DNA of 32,000 nucleotides from Ferroglobus placidus DSM 10642 (GTDB taxonomy: Archaea > Halobacteriota > Archaeoglobi > Archaeoglobales > Archaeoglobaceae). Location of the stretch: NCBI RefSeq assembly GCF_000025505.1, contig NC_013849.1, forward strand, positions 1,560,001 through 1,592,000, written 5' to 3'. The translations under genes and the position numbers were made by a program. Positions 24,911 through 32,000 of this stretch are shown here, in pieces. Below the pieces are notes generated by a model. That model was not told where the DNA came from. It did not search any database and worked only from the letters and a program-made list of their open reading frames with translations. How positions within the stretch are numbered: position 1 is the stretch's first letter; every line of letters begins with the position of its first letter.

Positions 24911-25762
24911 GTGAGAGACCTTGCCAACGTTTATCTTTCCCTGAAAAAGCTCGACTGGAAAATTTTGGAAAGCATATTTAAGAACATGTGGGATTTCGAG
25001 TACGTTCCTTCTCACGCGATAATTAGGGAGACGAACTTGAGCGAGGAGGAGCTGGAAGCTAAGCTGAAAAAGCTCGCTTCGATGAGGCTCGTGGAGAACA
25101 AGTACACCGAATACCTCGGGACAGCCTTTACCTTCAAAGGTTTGAGCGTCTATTCTCTAAAAAGGCTCGTTGCTGCTGGAAAAGTTGAGCAGCTCGGAAG
25201 CTTGATCGGAGAGGGTAAAGAAAGCGTGGTTTATACTGTAATCTCTCAGGGGAAAGAAGCTGTTTTAAAATTCCACAGAGTCGGCTATCCGAGCTTTAAA
25301 AAAGTTAAAGAGAAGAGAGACTACGGAACTTTGCACTACACGGTTTTGACGGTAAGATCAGCCAGAAGGGAGTTCCAGACTTTAAAAAGGCTTTACGGAC
25401 ACGTTTCTGTTCCGAGACCCATCGCCTGGGAGGGCAATGCCGTTCTGATGGAGCTTATAGATGCTAAAGAGCTCTACAAAGTTAAGCTCGAAAATCCGGA
25501 AGATGTTCTCGAGATGATAATCGAAGAGGTAAAAAAGATGTACGAGCTCGGAGTGGTTCACGGAGATTTGAGCCAGTTCAACATCCTCGTAAACGAGGAA
25601 GGCGTTTACTTCATAGACTTTCCTCAGTCGATGGAAGTAGGTGAAGACGGAAGCGAGGAAATCTTGAAGAGGGACGTGGAGAACGTCTTGAAATACTTCA
25701 AAAAAACCTACGGCATAGAAAGAGATTTAAAGCAAACTCTCGAAGAGATCAAGAAGGGATGA
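24911..25762 (+). CDS. rio2: RIO-type serine/threonine protein kinase Rio2 (N-terminal winged helix plus RIO domain)
   Basis: N-terminal wHTH region (DWKILESIFKNMWDFEYVPSHAII), nucleotide loop GEGKESVVY, catalytic HGDLSQFNILV and metal-binding FIDFPQS. The start is either GTG 24911 (my preference, from promoter spacing) or TTG 24893. Confidence 0.85.
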   Translation: MRDLANVYLSLKKLDWKILESIFKNMWDFEYVPSHAIIRETNLSEEELEAKLKKLASMRLVENKYTEYLGTAFTFKGLSVYSLKRLVAAGKVEQLGSLIGEGKESVVYTVISQGKEAVLKFHRVGYPSFKKVKEKRDYGTLHYTVLTVRSARREFQTLKRLYGHVSVPRPIAWEGNAVLMELIDAKELYKVKLENPEDVLEMIIEEVKKMYELGVVHGDLSQFNILVNEEGVYFIDFPQSMEVGEDGSEEILKRDVENVLKYFKKTYGIERDLKQTLEEIKKG

Positions 25763-27615
25763 AAGTATTTGGCGTGGATATAATCAAGAGAAACCCGGAT
25801 GAGTTCGCTTTAGTTTATATATCCGAGGATGGAGAGGAGAAGAAAGCCGTTTCAAAGAGCAAACTCCTTAGGATTATAAGAAAGGAGAGTCCGGACTACG
25901 TTGCAATAGACAACATAGGCGAGTTGTTCGAAAACAAAAAAGAACTTCTCGATTTCCTTCATGCTTTCCCTCCTTCTACCAAGCTCGTTCAAGTAGCCGG
26001 CAAAGAGCCCTTACCAAGGCTGGCGGCGAGGTTTGGTTTAAAAATAAACGCGAGAAATCCCTTCGACGAAGCTAAGGCTTGCGCTTACCTCGTCACCCTT
26101 GGAATAGGTGAAGTCGTTTCAGCTTTTAAAGACGAAACGGTAATAGTCGTTTCGAGGAACAGAAGTCCCGGAAAGGGAGGGTGGAGGCAGAACAAGTATA
26201 GAAGAAGAATTCACGACATAGTTCGATACTATTTCAGAGAGATAAAGGAAATTCTCGATAGTGCTGGGCTAAAATATAGAGAGGAGGTAAAGCACGGATA
26301 CGGAGGGATAAGCAGCGGGAAATTCGTCGTCAGCGCTCCGAGGGAAGAGGTGCCTATTAGGTCTTTCAGAACGAGAGATGTGAGAGTTACGGTTAGCGCT
26401 GTGGAAAAGGAAAAACTCGAATTCGTTCCGCTAAGCAGAGTTAAGGAGTATCTGATAGTTGGAATAGACCCCGGAACGACGACGGCTGTAGCTATCTTAA
26501 ATCTCAAGGGAGAAATTCTCGACGTTAGAAGCGGGAAGGACATGAATTTATCGAAGCTCATAGAGCACGTGCTATCTTTCGGTCACCCCGTTTTGGTTGC
26601 TACGGACAAGAAAACTCCTCCCGACTTCGTTTTGAAAGTTAAGAAGGCTTTTCAAGCCACGCTGTACACTCCGAAGGAGGATATAAGCATAAAAAAGAAA
26701 TTAGCTCTCGTTAACGACTACAAATGCGAAAACGATCACGAAAGAGATGCGTTGGCAGCTGCCATGGAAGCCTACAGACACTACAAGAATAAGCTTGAAA
26801 ACGTCGAAAAGCGAGTTCCGGCTGGATACGATGTCGAGATGGTGAAGGCTGGCGTGATCAAGGGTCTTACTTTACAATCAATCCTTGAAAGAAAAGAGGA
26901 AAAGGTTAAGCAGAAAGAGGAAAGTGCGGTAAGCTTGGAGGAAGTCAGAAAGAGAGACAAAAAGATTCAGGAGCTTGTAGAAGAAAACAAAATGCTCAGG
27001 GAGAAGATAGAGGAGCTGAAGAAAGAGGTGGAGAGGCTCCAGATGAAGCTCTACACGATCTCAAGCGAGCAGTACGAAAAGATAAGAAGAGAGAACGTTT
27101 ACAAGTCATTGCAAAGCGAAATTGCCGAGCTTAGGAAAGTGATAAAGAGAAAGGACGAGGAGATTTCGAAGTTGAAGGAGAAAATAGAAGAGCTAAAAAG
27201 GATAAGAAAGCTCGGAATAAAAGGGTGGAAAGTCGTAAAAGTCCTGAGAAAGTTTACGAGGGACGAGATAGAGAGAGTTGAAAAAGAATTCGGGATAGAA
27301 GAAGGGGACATAATTTTAATCCTTGAATCCGGAGGAGGAGGGAAGAGCACCGCAGAAATCCTCGCTAAAAAGAAAGTTAGGGCTGTGATCGCTTCCGGAC
27401 TTTCCCACGTTGCTTACGACGTTCTTAAAGAAAACGGGATTCCGGTGATTCCTCCAGAAAAAGTCGAAATGGAGGTTTTCGAGGACTTAGCGATGATTCA
27501 CGCGAGAGAGCTCGAAAGAATTCTGAAAGAAGCTGACGAGGAGATGAGAAGGAAGAGTCTCGAGAGGATCGAAAAACTTGTGGAGGAGTACAGGAGCAGA
27601 AGATTTTTCGGTTAA
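25759..27615 (+). CDS. DUF460/COG2433-like protein with RNase H/RuvC-like domains, a ~100-aa coiled coil and a C-terminal alpha/beta domain
   Basis: 618 aa. IVGIDPGTTTAVAIL plus DHERDALAAAMEAY resemble the first and last catalytic motifs of RuvC-fold nucleases. A heptad-rich segment (EEVRKRDKKIQELVEENKMLREKIEELKKEVERLQ...KLKEKIEELKR) spans about 26890-27210. The start overlaps the rio2 stop as ATGA. Confidence 0.7.
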   Translation: MKVFGVDIIKRNPDEFALVYISEDGEEKKAVSKSKLLRIIRKESPDYVAIDNIGELFENKKELLDFLHAFPPSTKLVQVAGKEPLPRLAARFGLKINARNPFDEAKACAYLVTLGIGEVVSAFKDETVIVVSRNRSPGKGGWRQNKYRRRIHDIVRYYFREIKEILDSAGLKYREEVKHGYGGISSGKFVVSAPREEVPIRSFRTRDVRVTVSAVEKEKLEFVPLSRVKEYLIVGIDPGTTTAVAILNLKGEILDVRSGKDMNLSKLIEHVLSFGHPVLVATDKKTPPDFVLKVKKAFQATLYTPKEDISIKKKLALVNDYKCENDHERDALAAAMEAYRHYKNKLENVEKRVPAGYDVEMVKAGVIKGLTLQSILERKEEKVKQKEESAVSLEEVRKRDKKIQELVEENKMLREKIEELKKEVERLQMKLYTISSEQYEKIRRENVYKSLQSEIAELRKVIKRKDEEISKLKEKIEELKRIRKLGIKGWKVVKVLRKFTRDEIERVEKEFGIEEGDIILILESGGGGKSTAEILAKKKVRAVIASGLSHVAYDVLKENGIPVIPPEKVEMEVFEDLAMIHARELERILKEADEEMRRKSLERIEKLVEEYRSRRFFG

Positions 27616-27617
27616 AA

Positions 27618-27689
27618 CGGGCTCGCCGGGAGTTGAACCCGGGTCCGGGGGTCCGAAGCCCCCGAGGATTTCCGCTACCCCACGAGCCC
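27618..27689 (-). tRNA. tRNA-Arg (anticodon UCG), 72 nt, no encoded CCA
   Basis: The minus-strand sequence folds by hand into a cloverleaf: GGGCTCG TG GGGT AGCGGAAA TCCT C GGGGG CTTCGGA CCCCC GGAC CCGGG TTCAACT CCCGG CGAGCCC G. It has a 7-bp acceptor stem, a 5-bp GC anticodon stem, loop CU-UCG-GA, T-loop TTCAACT, and U8, A14, G15, G18 and G19. TTTT follows the 3' end. Confidence 0.85.
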
Positions 27690-27710
27690 TCCTGTTGAAT
27701 TTTGCAAAGC

Positions 27711-27719
27711 TTAATAAAA
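27711..27719 (-). promoter_or_regulatory. TATA-like box (TTTTATTAA on the minus strand) for tRNA-Arg
   Basis: Centred 26 nt upstream of the tRNA 5' end (27689). Confidence 0.5.
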
Positions 27720-27845
27720 CACTTGCTATTCTCAAGCTAAATTCGACGCTGAAGGATCTGAAGTTTAATCGGAATACAAATTTTCGAAAATGATATATTA
27801 ACTTCCGCAAATTACCTTTTAATCGCAATTAACGGGGTGAGTTTA

Positions 27846-28271
27846 ATGGAACGCAAAATTAGGGTTCTCGTCGCAAAACCGGGATTAGATGGACACGACA
27901 GAGGGGCAAAAGTTGTTGCAAGAGCTTTGAGGGATGCCGGTTTCGAGGTCATATACACCGGAATTAGAAGAACTCCAGCAGAAATAGCTGAGACAGCTTT
28001 GCAAGAAGATGTGGATGTGGTAGGGTTAAGCATTCTCAGCGGCGCTCACCTTGAACTCGTTCCTTTAGTTATAGAGGAGCTGAAGAAAAGAGGTTTGGAG
28101 CCGAACAAAGACGTCCTCGTTCTCGTTGGAGGAATAATTCCTAAGGAAGACGTTCCAAAACTTCAGTCCTTCGGAGTGGCTAAGGTTTTCGGTCCCGGAA
28201 CTCCTCTTTACGAAATTATCGATTACATAAAGGAGAACGTTAAAAAGCTTGAAAGGAAGGTGGTAACGTGA
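27846..28271 (+). CDS. Methylmalonyl-CoA mutase, small (cobalamin-binding) subunit
   Basis: [34 protein letters not shown] contains the DxHxxG B12-binding motif. ATG 27846 follows GGGGTGAG; the track's GTG 27837 lies within that putative RBS. Confidence 0.9.
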   Translation: MERKIRVLVAKPGLDGHDRGAKVVARALRDAGFEVIYTGIRRTPAEIAETALQEDVDVVGLSILSGAHLELVPLVIEELKKRGLEPNKDVLVLVGGIIPKEDVPKLQSFGVAKVFGPGTPLYEIIDYIKENVKKLERKVVT

Positions 28272-28663
28272 TTAAGAAAATAGACCATATCGGTGTTGCC
28301 GTAAAAAACCTCGAAGAGGCTATTGAGCTGTACAAAAAGCTCGGATTTGAAGTCAAAGGAATAGAGGAGGTTAAAGACCAGAAAGTGAGGGTTGCGATGC
28401 TTCCGGTTGGAGAGAGTAAGATAGAGCTCATAGAGGCTACTTCCGAAGACAGTGCTGTGGCTAAGTTCATAGAGAAGAGGGGAGAAGGAATTCATCACAT
28501 AGCGATAAACGTGGAGAACATCGAAAAAGCTTTGGAAAACGCTAAGAACAACGGACTGCAGCTTATCGATGAGAAGCCGAGGATTGGGGCGGGAGGAAAG
28601 AAAATAGCTTTCGTTCATCCTAAAAGCACCAAGGGAGTTTTGCTCGAATTTGTGGAGGGATAA
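28268..28663 (+). CDS. mce: Methylmalonyl-CoA epimerase (VOC/glyoxalase fold)
   Basis: 131 aa. The motifs [30 protein letters not shown] and [16 protein letters not shown] are typical. The GTGA overlap with the upstream stop suggests coupling. Confidence 0.85.
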   Translation: MIKKIDHIGVAVKNLEEAIELYKKLGFEVKGIEEVKDQKVRVAMLPVGESKIELIEATSEDSAVAKFIEKRGEGIHHIAINVENIEKALENAKNNGLQLIDEKPRIGAGGKKIAFVHPKSTKGVLLEFVEG

Positions 28664-28665
28664 AA

Positions 28666-30216
28666 TTGAGGAAGGAGTTAATCGAGGATCTCTACAAGAG
28701 GAAAGAAAGGATAAAGCAAATGGGCGGAGATGAAAGAATAAAAAAGCAGCACGAACAAGGAAAGCTTACGGCAAGAGAAAGAATCGAACTTTTACTCGAT
28801 CCCGGAAGCTTCGTCGAAATAAATCCCTTCGTTGAGAAGAGAAACACCGATTTCGGATTGGACAAAATGTATTTGCCAGCGGACGGAGTTATAACCGGCT
28901 ACGGAACGATAGACGGAAGACCAGTAGCTGTTTTCGCTCAGGACTTTACCGTGATGGGTGGAAGCCTCGGAGAGATGCACGGAATGAAGATAGCATACCT
29001 CCTCGACTTCGCCGCAAAAGTAGGGATTCCGGTTATCGGCTTGAACGATTCCGGAGGAGCGAGAATTCAAGAAGGTGTAGATGCTTTAAAAGGCTACGGA
29101 GACATATTTTACAGAAACACGATATACAGCGGAGTAATTCCGCAAATCAGCGTGATAATGGGTCCTTGTGCCGGAGGAGCTGTCTATTCTCCGGCTATAG
29201 GCGACTTTATAATCATGACTAAAAACCCTTCATGCTACATGTTCATAACCGGTCCTAAGGTTATAAAAGAAGTTACGGGAGAAGAAGTTACTCCTCAGCA
29301 GCTCGGAGGCTGGGAAGCTCATGCGATGAAGAGCGGAAACTGTCACTTAGTGGCTGAGAACGATGAAGAAGCCTTAATGCTCGTGAGAAAGCTCATAAGC
29401 TATTTGCCTCTAAATAACCTCGAAGATCCGCCGGTTGTGAAAACCAACGACGATCCGGCAAGATTAACTCCGGAAATTACTGAGATTATCCCCGACGACC
29501 CCATGAAGCCCTACGACGTTAGAGACGTTATAAGGGCTGTTGTTGACGAAGGAGAGTTTTTCGAAATCCACCCCTTCTTCGCTCCCAACGCAGTAGTCGG
29601 TTTTGCGAGAATAGATGGTAAGACCGTCGGTATCGTTGCGAACAACCCGAAGTATTACGCCGGAACCCTCGATGTAGATAGCAGCGACAAAATAGCGAGG
29701 TTCGTCAGATTCTGCGACTGCTTCAACATACCGATCGTAACTTTTGTAGACGTTCCCGGATACCTGCCGGGGGTTCAGCAGGAGTATATGGGGATAATTA
29801 GGCACGGAGCGAAGGTGCTTTACGCCTACAGCGAAGCGACTGTTCCTCTGGTTACGATAATTCTCAGAAAAGCTTACGGTGGAGCTTATTTAGCTATGGG
29901 GAGCAAGCACCTCGGAGCAGATTTCGTCTTCGCTTATCCAACAGCCGAGATAGCGGTAATGGGACCTGAAGGGGCTGCTGAAATCGTTTTCAGGAAGGAG
30001 ATATCTGCTGCAGAAGACCCAGAGAAGGCAAGGCAGGAAAAAATAAAGGAATACAGAGAGAAGTTCGCAAATCCGTACAGAGCTGCTGCCAGAGGATACA
30101 TCGACGACGTGATTGATCCGAAGTACACGAGAGTGAAGATAATTTCGGCTTTGAGGGTTTTGGAGACGAAGAGGGAGAAGCTTCCTCCAAAGAAGCACGG
30201 GAACATACCTTTGTGA
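28666..30216 (+). CDS. Acyl-CoA carboxyltransferase (propionyl-CoA carboxylase beta / methylmalonyl-CoA decarboxylase alpha family)
   Basis: 516 aa, TTG start. The motifs [27 protein letters not shown] and GIIRHGAK are typical of the 12S/PccB/MmdA family. Confidence 0.9.
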   Translation: MRKELIEDLYKRKERIKQMGGDERIKKQHEQGKLTARERIELLLDPGSFVEINPFVEKRNTDFGLDKMYLPADGVITGYGTIDGRPVAVFAQDFTVMGGSLGEMHGMKIAYLLDFAAKVGIPVIGLNDSGGARIQEGVDALKGYGDIFYRNTIYSGVIPQISVIMGPCAGGAVYSPAIGDFIIMTKNPSCYMFITGPKVIKEVTGEEVTPQQLGGWEAHAMKSGNCHLVAENDEEALMLVRKLISYLPLNNLEDPPVVKTNDDPARLTPEITEIIPDDPMKPYDVRDVIRAVVDEGEFFEIHPFFAPNAVVGFARIDGKTVGIVANNPKYYAGTLDVDSSDKIARFVRFCDCFNIPIVTFVDVPGYLPGVQQEYMGIIRHGAKVLYAYSEATVPLVTIILRKAYGGAYLAMGSKHLGADFVFAYPTAEIAVMGPEGAAEIVFRKEISAAEDPEKARQEKIKEYREKFANPYRAAARGYIDDVIDPKYTRVKIISALRVLETKREKLPPKKHGNIPL

Positions 30217-30225
30217 GGTGGTTTT

Positions 30226-30354
30226 ATGAGTCCCGAGGAGTTTGCCGCTGCGATAGCTGCAATCCACAAGTATTTGAAAGACACAGCAGAAAGACCGATC
30301 GTGATAAAGCGAGAGGTTAGCTACTGGAAGATCCTTTCGAGGGTGATGCAATGA
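30226..30354 (+). CDS. Small 42-aa ORF, candidate accessory subunit (OadG/MmdD/MmdE-like position) of the biotin enzyme
   Basis: Not in the ORF track because it is too short. The ATG at 30226 follows GAGGTGG. Translation: [42 protein letters not shown]. The EEFAAAIAAI stretch resembles the Ala/Ile-rich motif of the small gamma/delta subunits of Na+-decarboxylases. Its stop overlaps the BCCP start as ATGA (30351-30354). Confidence 0.5.
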   Translation: MSPEEFAAAIAAIHKYLKDTAERPIVIKREVSYWKILSRVMQ

Positions 30355-30773
30355 AGTATAAGGTAAAAGTCGGCGATAACGAATACGAGGTCGAAGTTAG
30401 CGAAATCTCTCCGATGAAGTTCGAAGTTAGCGTAAACGGCAAAAAAGCTGTGATAGAGATCCTCGAAGAAGAGTTCAAAAGAATTTTTAAAGAAGTAAAA
30501 GCTCCCTCTGCCGAGGTTGAGGTAAAGGAAATTCCGAAGGTTGAAAAGGCTGTAGCTGAAGGAAAGGAGATTAAGGCTGAGATGTCGGGGACGATAGTCA
30601 AAGTTCTCGTTAAGGAGGGAGACGAGGTTAAAAGCGGGCAGCCTGTGTTGATTCTCGAAGCAATGAAGATGGAGAACGAAGTAACTTCTCCTTTCTCGGG
30701 AGTTGTTAAGGAAGTAAGGGTTAAGGAAGGAGATAGAGTTAGTGCGGGTCAAACTCTCGTGGTTATCGGTTGA
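30351..30773 (+). CDS. Biotin carboxyl carrier protein (biotinyl/lipoyl domain)
   Basis: 140 aa. The C-terminal domain has the biotinylation motif EAMKMENEV and flanking SG.V..V.V..GD.V..GQ.L. Confidence 0.9.
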   Translation: MKYKVKVGDNEYEVEVSEISPMKFEVSVNGKKAVIEILEEEFKRIFKEVKAPSAEVEVKEIPKVEKAVAEGKEIKAEMSGTIVKVLVKEGDEVKSGQPVLILEAMKMENEVTSPFSGVVKEVRVKEGDRVSAGQTLVVIG

Positions 30774-30786
30774 GGGGGTGTTGAGT

Positions 30787-32000
30787 ATGAATAAAAGGGA
30801 GTGGGAGGAGAAGTACGTAAAGCCCCTCCTTCAGAAAGCTCCGGAAAGGAAGAAAGAATTTAGAACGGCTTCAGGCTTCGTTGTGGACAGGCTTTACACT
30901 CCGGAGGACGTTGATATAGATTACGAAAAGAAGCTCGGATATCCCGGCGTTTACCCCTTCACGAGAGGAGTTTATCCCACGATGTACAGAGGGAAAATCT
31001 GGACGATGAGGCAGTACGCCGGGTTCGGAACTGCTGAGGAGACCAACAGGAGGTACAAGTACTTGCTCTCTCAGGGGCAAACTGGATTGAGCGTCGCTTT
31101 CGATCTGCCGACTCAGATTGGTTACGATTCCGACCACCCTATGGCTTTGGGAGAAGTCGGGAAAGTGGGAGTTGCGATAGACACCATCGAGGACATGCAG
31201 ATACTCTTCGACGGAATACCCCTCGATAAAGTTTCTACCTCCATGACGATAAACTCCACGGCTGCGCAAATTCTCAGCATGTACATAGTGGTGGCTGAGA
31301 TGCAAGGAGTGAGCAAGGAGCAGTTGAGAGGAACAGTTCAGAACGACATGCTCAAAGAGTACATAGCGAGAGGCACCTACATCTTCCCGCCGGAGCCGAG
31401 CTTGAGGATTGCGACCGACATAATAATGTACTGCGCAAAGGAAGTGCCGAAGTGGAACTCGATTAGCATCTCGGGCTACCACATGGAAGAAGCCGGAGCA
31501 ACCCCCGTGCAGGAGGTTGCCTTCACCTTAGCGAACGGAATAGAGTACGTTCAGAGGGTTATAGACAGAGGAATGAACGTCGATGAGTTTGCGCCGCGAC
31601 TAAGCTTCTTCTTCGCTGCCGGAAACAACTTGCTTGAGGAGGTTGCTAAGTTCAGAGCAGCAAGAAGACTCTGGGCGAGAATAATGAAGGAGAGATTTAA
31701 CGCAAAGAATCCGAGATCGATGATGCTTCGATTCCACGTGCAAACGGCTGGATGCACTTTAACTGCTCAGCAGCCTGAGAACAACATAGTCAGAGTTACC
31801 TTACAAGCTCTGGCAGCCGTATTGGGAGGATGTCAAAGCTTGCATACGAACAGCTACGACGAGGCTTTAAGCTTGCCAACAGAAAAGTCGGTGAGAATAG
31901 CTCTGAGAACCCAGCAGATAATAGCTGAAGAGAGTGGAGTAGCGGATGTGATAGATCCTCTCGGAGGAGCTTACTACGTGGAGTGGCTCACAGACAAAAT
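30787..32000 (+). CDS. Methylmalonyl-CoA mutase, large (catalytic) subunit, N-terminal ~404 codons (runs off the right window edge)
   Basis: Not in the ORF track because there is no stop within the window. My translation from ATG 30787 reads [42 protein letters not shown]...[67 protein letters not shown]...[34 protein letters not shown]. These are canonical MCM motifs. Confidence 0.92.
   Translation, partial: MNKREWEEKYVKPLLQKAPERKKEFRTASGFVVDRLYTPEDVDIDYEKKLGYPGVYPFTRGVYPTMYRGKIWTMRQYAGFGTAEETNRRYKYLLSQGQTGLSVAFDLPTQIGYDSDHPMALGEVGKVGVAIDTIEDMQILFDGIPLDKVSTSMTINSTAAQILSMYIVVAEMQGVSKEQLRGTVQNDMLKEYIARGTYIFPPEPSLRIATDIIMYCAKEVPKWNSISISGYHMEEAGATPVQEVAFTLANGIEYVQRVIDRGMNVDEFAPRLSFFFAAGNNLLEEVAKFRAARRLWARIMKERFNAKNPRSMMLRFHVQTAGCTLTAQQPENNIVRVTLQALAAVLGGCQSLHTNSYDEALSLPTEKSVRIALRTQQIIAEESGVADVIDPLGGAYYVEWLTDK

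Noticed and set aside
25759-27615. The possibility that the RuvC-fold DUF460 protein is a missing Cas effector or nuclease for the orphan CRISPR array.
   Set aside because: It lies about 7 kb from the array, behind unrelated housekeeping operons. It is coupled to rio2, and from memory the family occurs widely in archaea regardless of CRISPR content. Nothing in the sequence links it to the array.
27487-27828. ORFs 27487-27828 (-) and 27578-27793 (+) spanning the DUF460 3' end, the tRNA and the intergenic region.
   Set aside because: They cover a well-folding tRNA-Arg and its promoter. The translated text includes the GC-rich tRNA stems. They are not coding.
2933-27845. N-terminal extensions in the ORF track: hypB 2933, hypC 3609, arcS 9489, cytochrome 11164, cofC 17657, thiolase 24927, mutase small subunit 27837.
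   Set aside because: Family-typical N-termini (MCLAIP, MHRIEV, MTFRLEKRDGFAR, MKKW signal peptide, MKIYVPFKP, M-x-Cxx[12 protein letters not shown]) together with RBS or TATA spacing favour the internal starts. The extensions mostly read through upstream genes.
29890-30351. Minus-strand ORFs of 153, 116 and 66 aa at the carboxyltransferase 3' end.
   Set aside because: They are antisense to the conserved carboxyltransferase frame. The real small gene in this area is the plus-strand 42-codon ORF at 30226-30354.
30871-31482. A 203-aa minus-strand ORF, plus 31122-31316 and 31551-31757.
   Set aside because: It is antisense to the strongly conserved methylmalonyl-CoA mutase large-subunit frame. 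It has Arg/Ser/His-rich composition and no recognisable motifs. It is a shadow ORF.

Overview
This window reads as an archaeal chromosome. Archaea-specific genes include ArcTGT/ArcS, PurP, CofC, Pth2, CetZ, Rio2 and a four-subunit 2-oxoacid:ferredoxin oxidoreductase, and TATA-like boxes sit 26-27 nt upstream of many start codons. The gene content resembles Archaeoglobales, but I cannot confirm that without a database search. The window is densely coding and mostly housekeeping. From left to right it holds: a complete hypE-hypF / hypA-B-C-D hydrogenase maturation cluster; cetZ; a small accessory islet with a frameshifted hypothetical gene, a vapBC toxin-antitoxin pair and a decayed transposase; tgtA-arcS for archaeosine; two tandem lipoprotein pentaheme c-type cytochromes; tldD-pmbA; a radical SAM gene; an MFS/pth2 operon; cofC; a CRISPR array; purP fused to an oxidoreductase operon; a DUF373 membrane protein; a TtuA/NcsA-like tRNA thiolase; rio2 coupled to a DUF460 RuvC-like coiled-coil protein; tRNA-Arg(UCG); and a methylmalonyl-CoA cluster with split mutase genes, epimerase, carboxyltransferase, an unannotated 42-codon ORF and BCCP. 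The CRISPR array has 11 repeats of only 23 nt and no cas gene anywhere in the window. The items most worth a second look are this orphan short-repeat array with its conflicting orientation signals, the tethered pentaheme cytochrome pair, the rio2-DUF460 coupling, and the small ORF in the methylmalonyl cluster. I found no clear evidence of a wholly new multi-gene system. All functional calls come from motif recognition by eye, not from searches.
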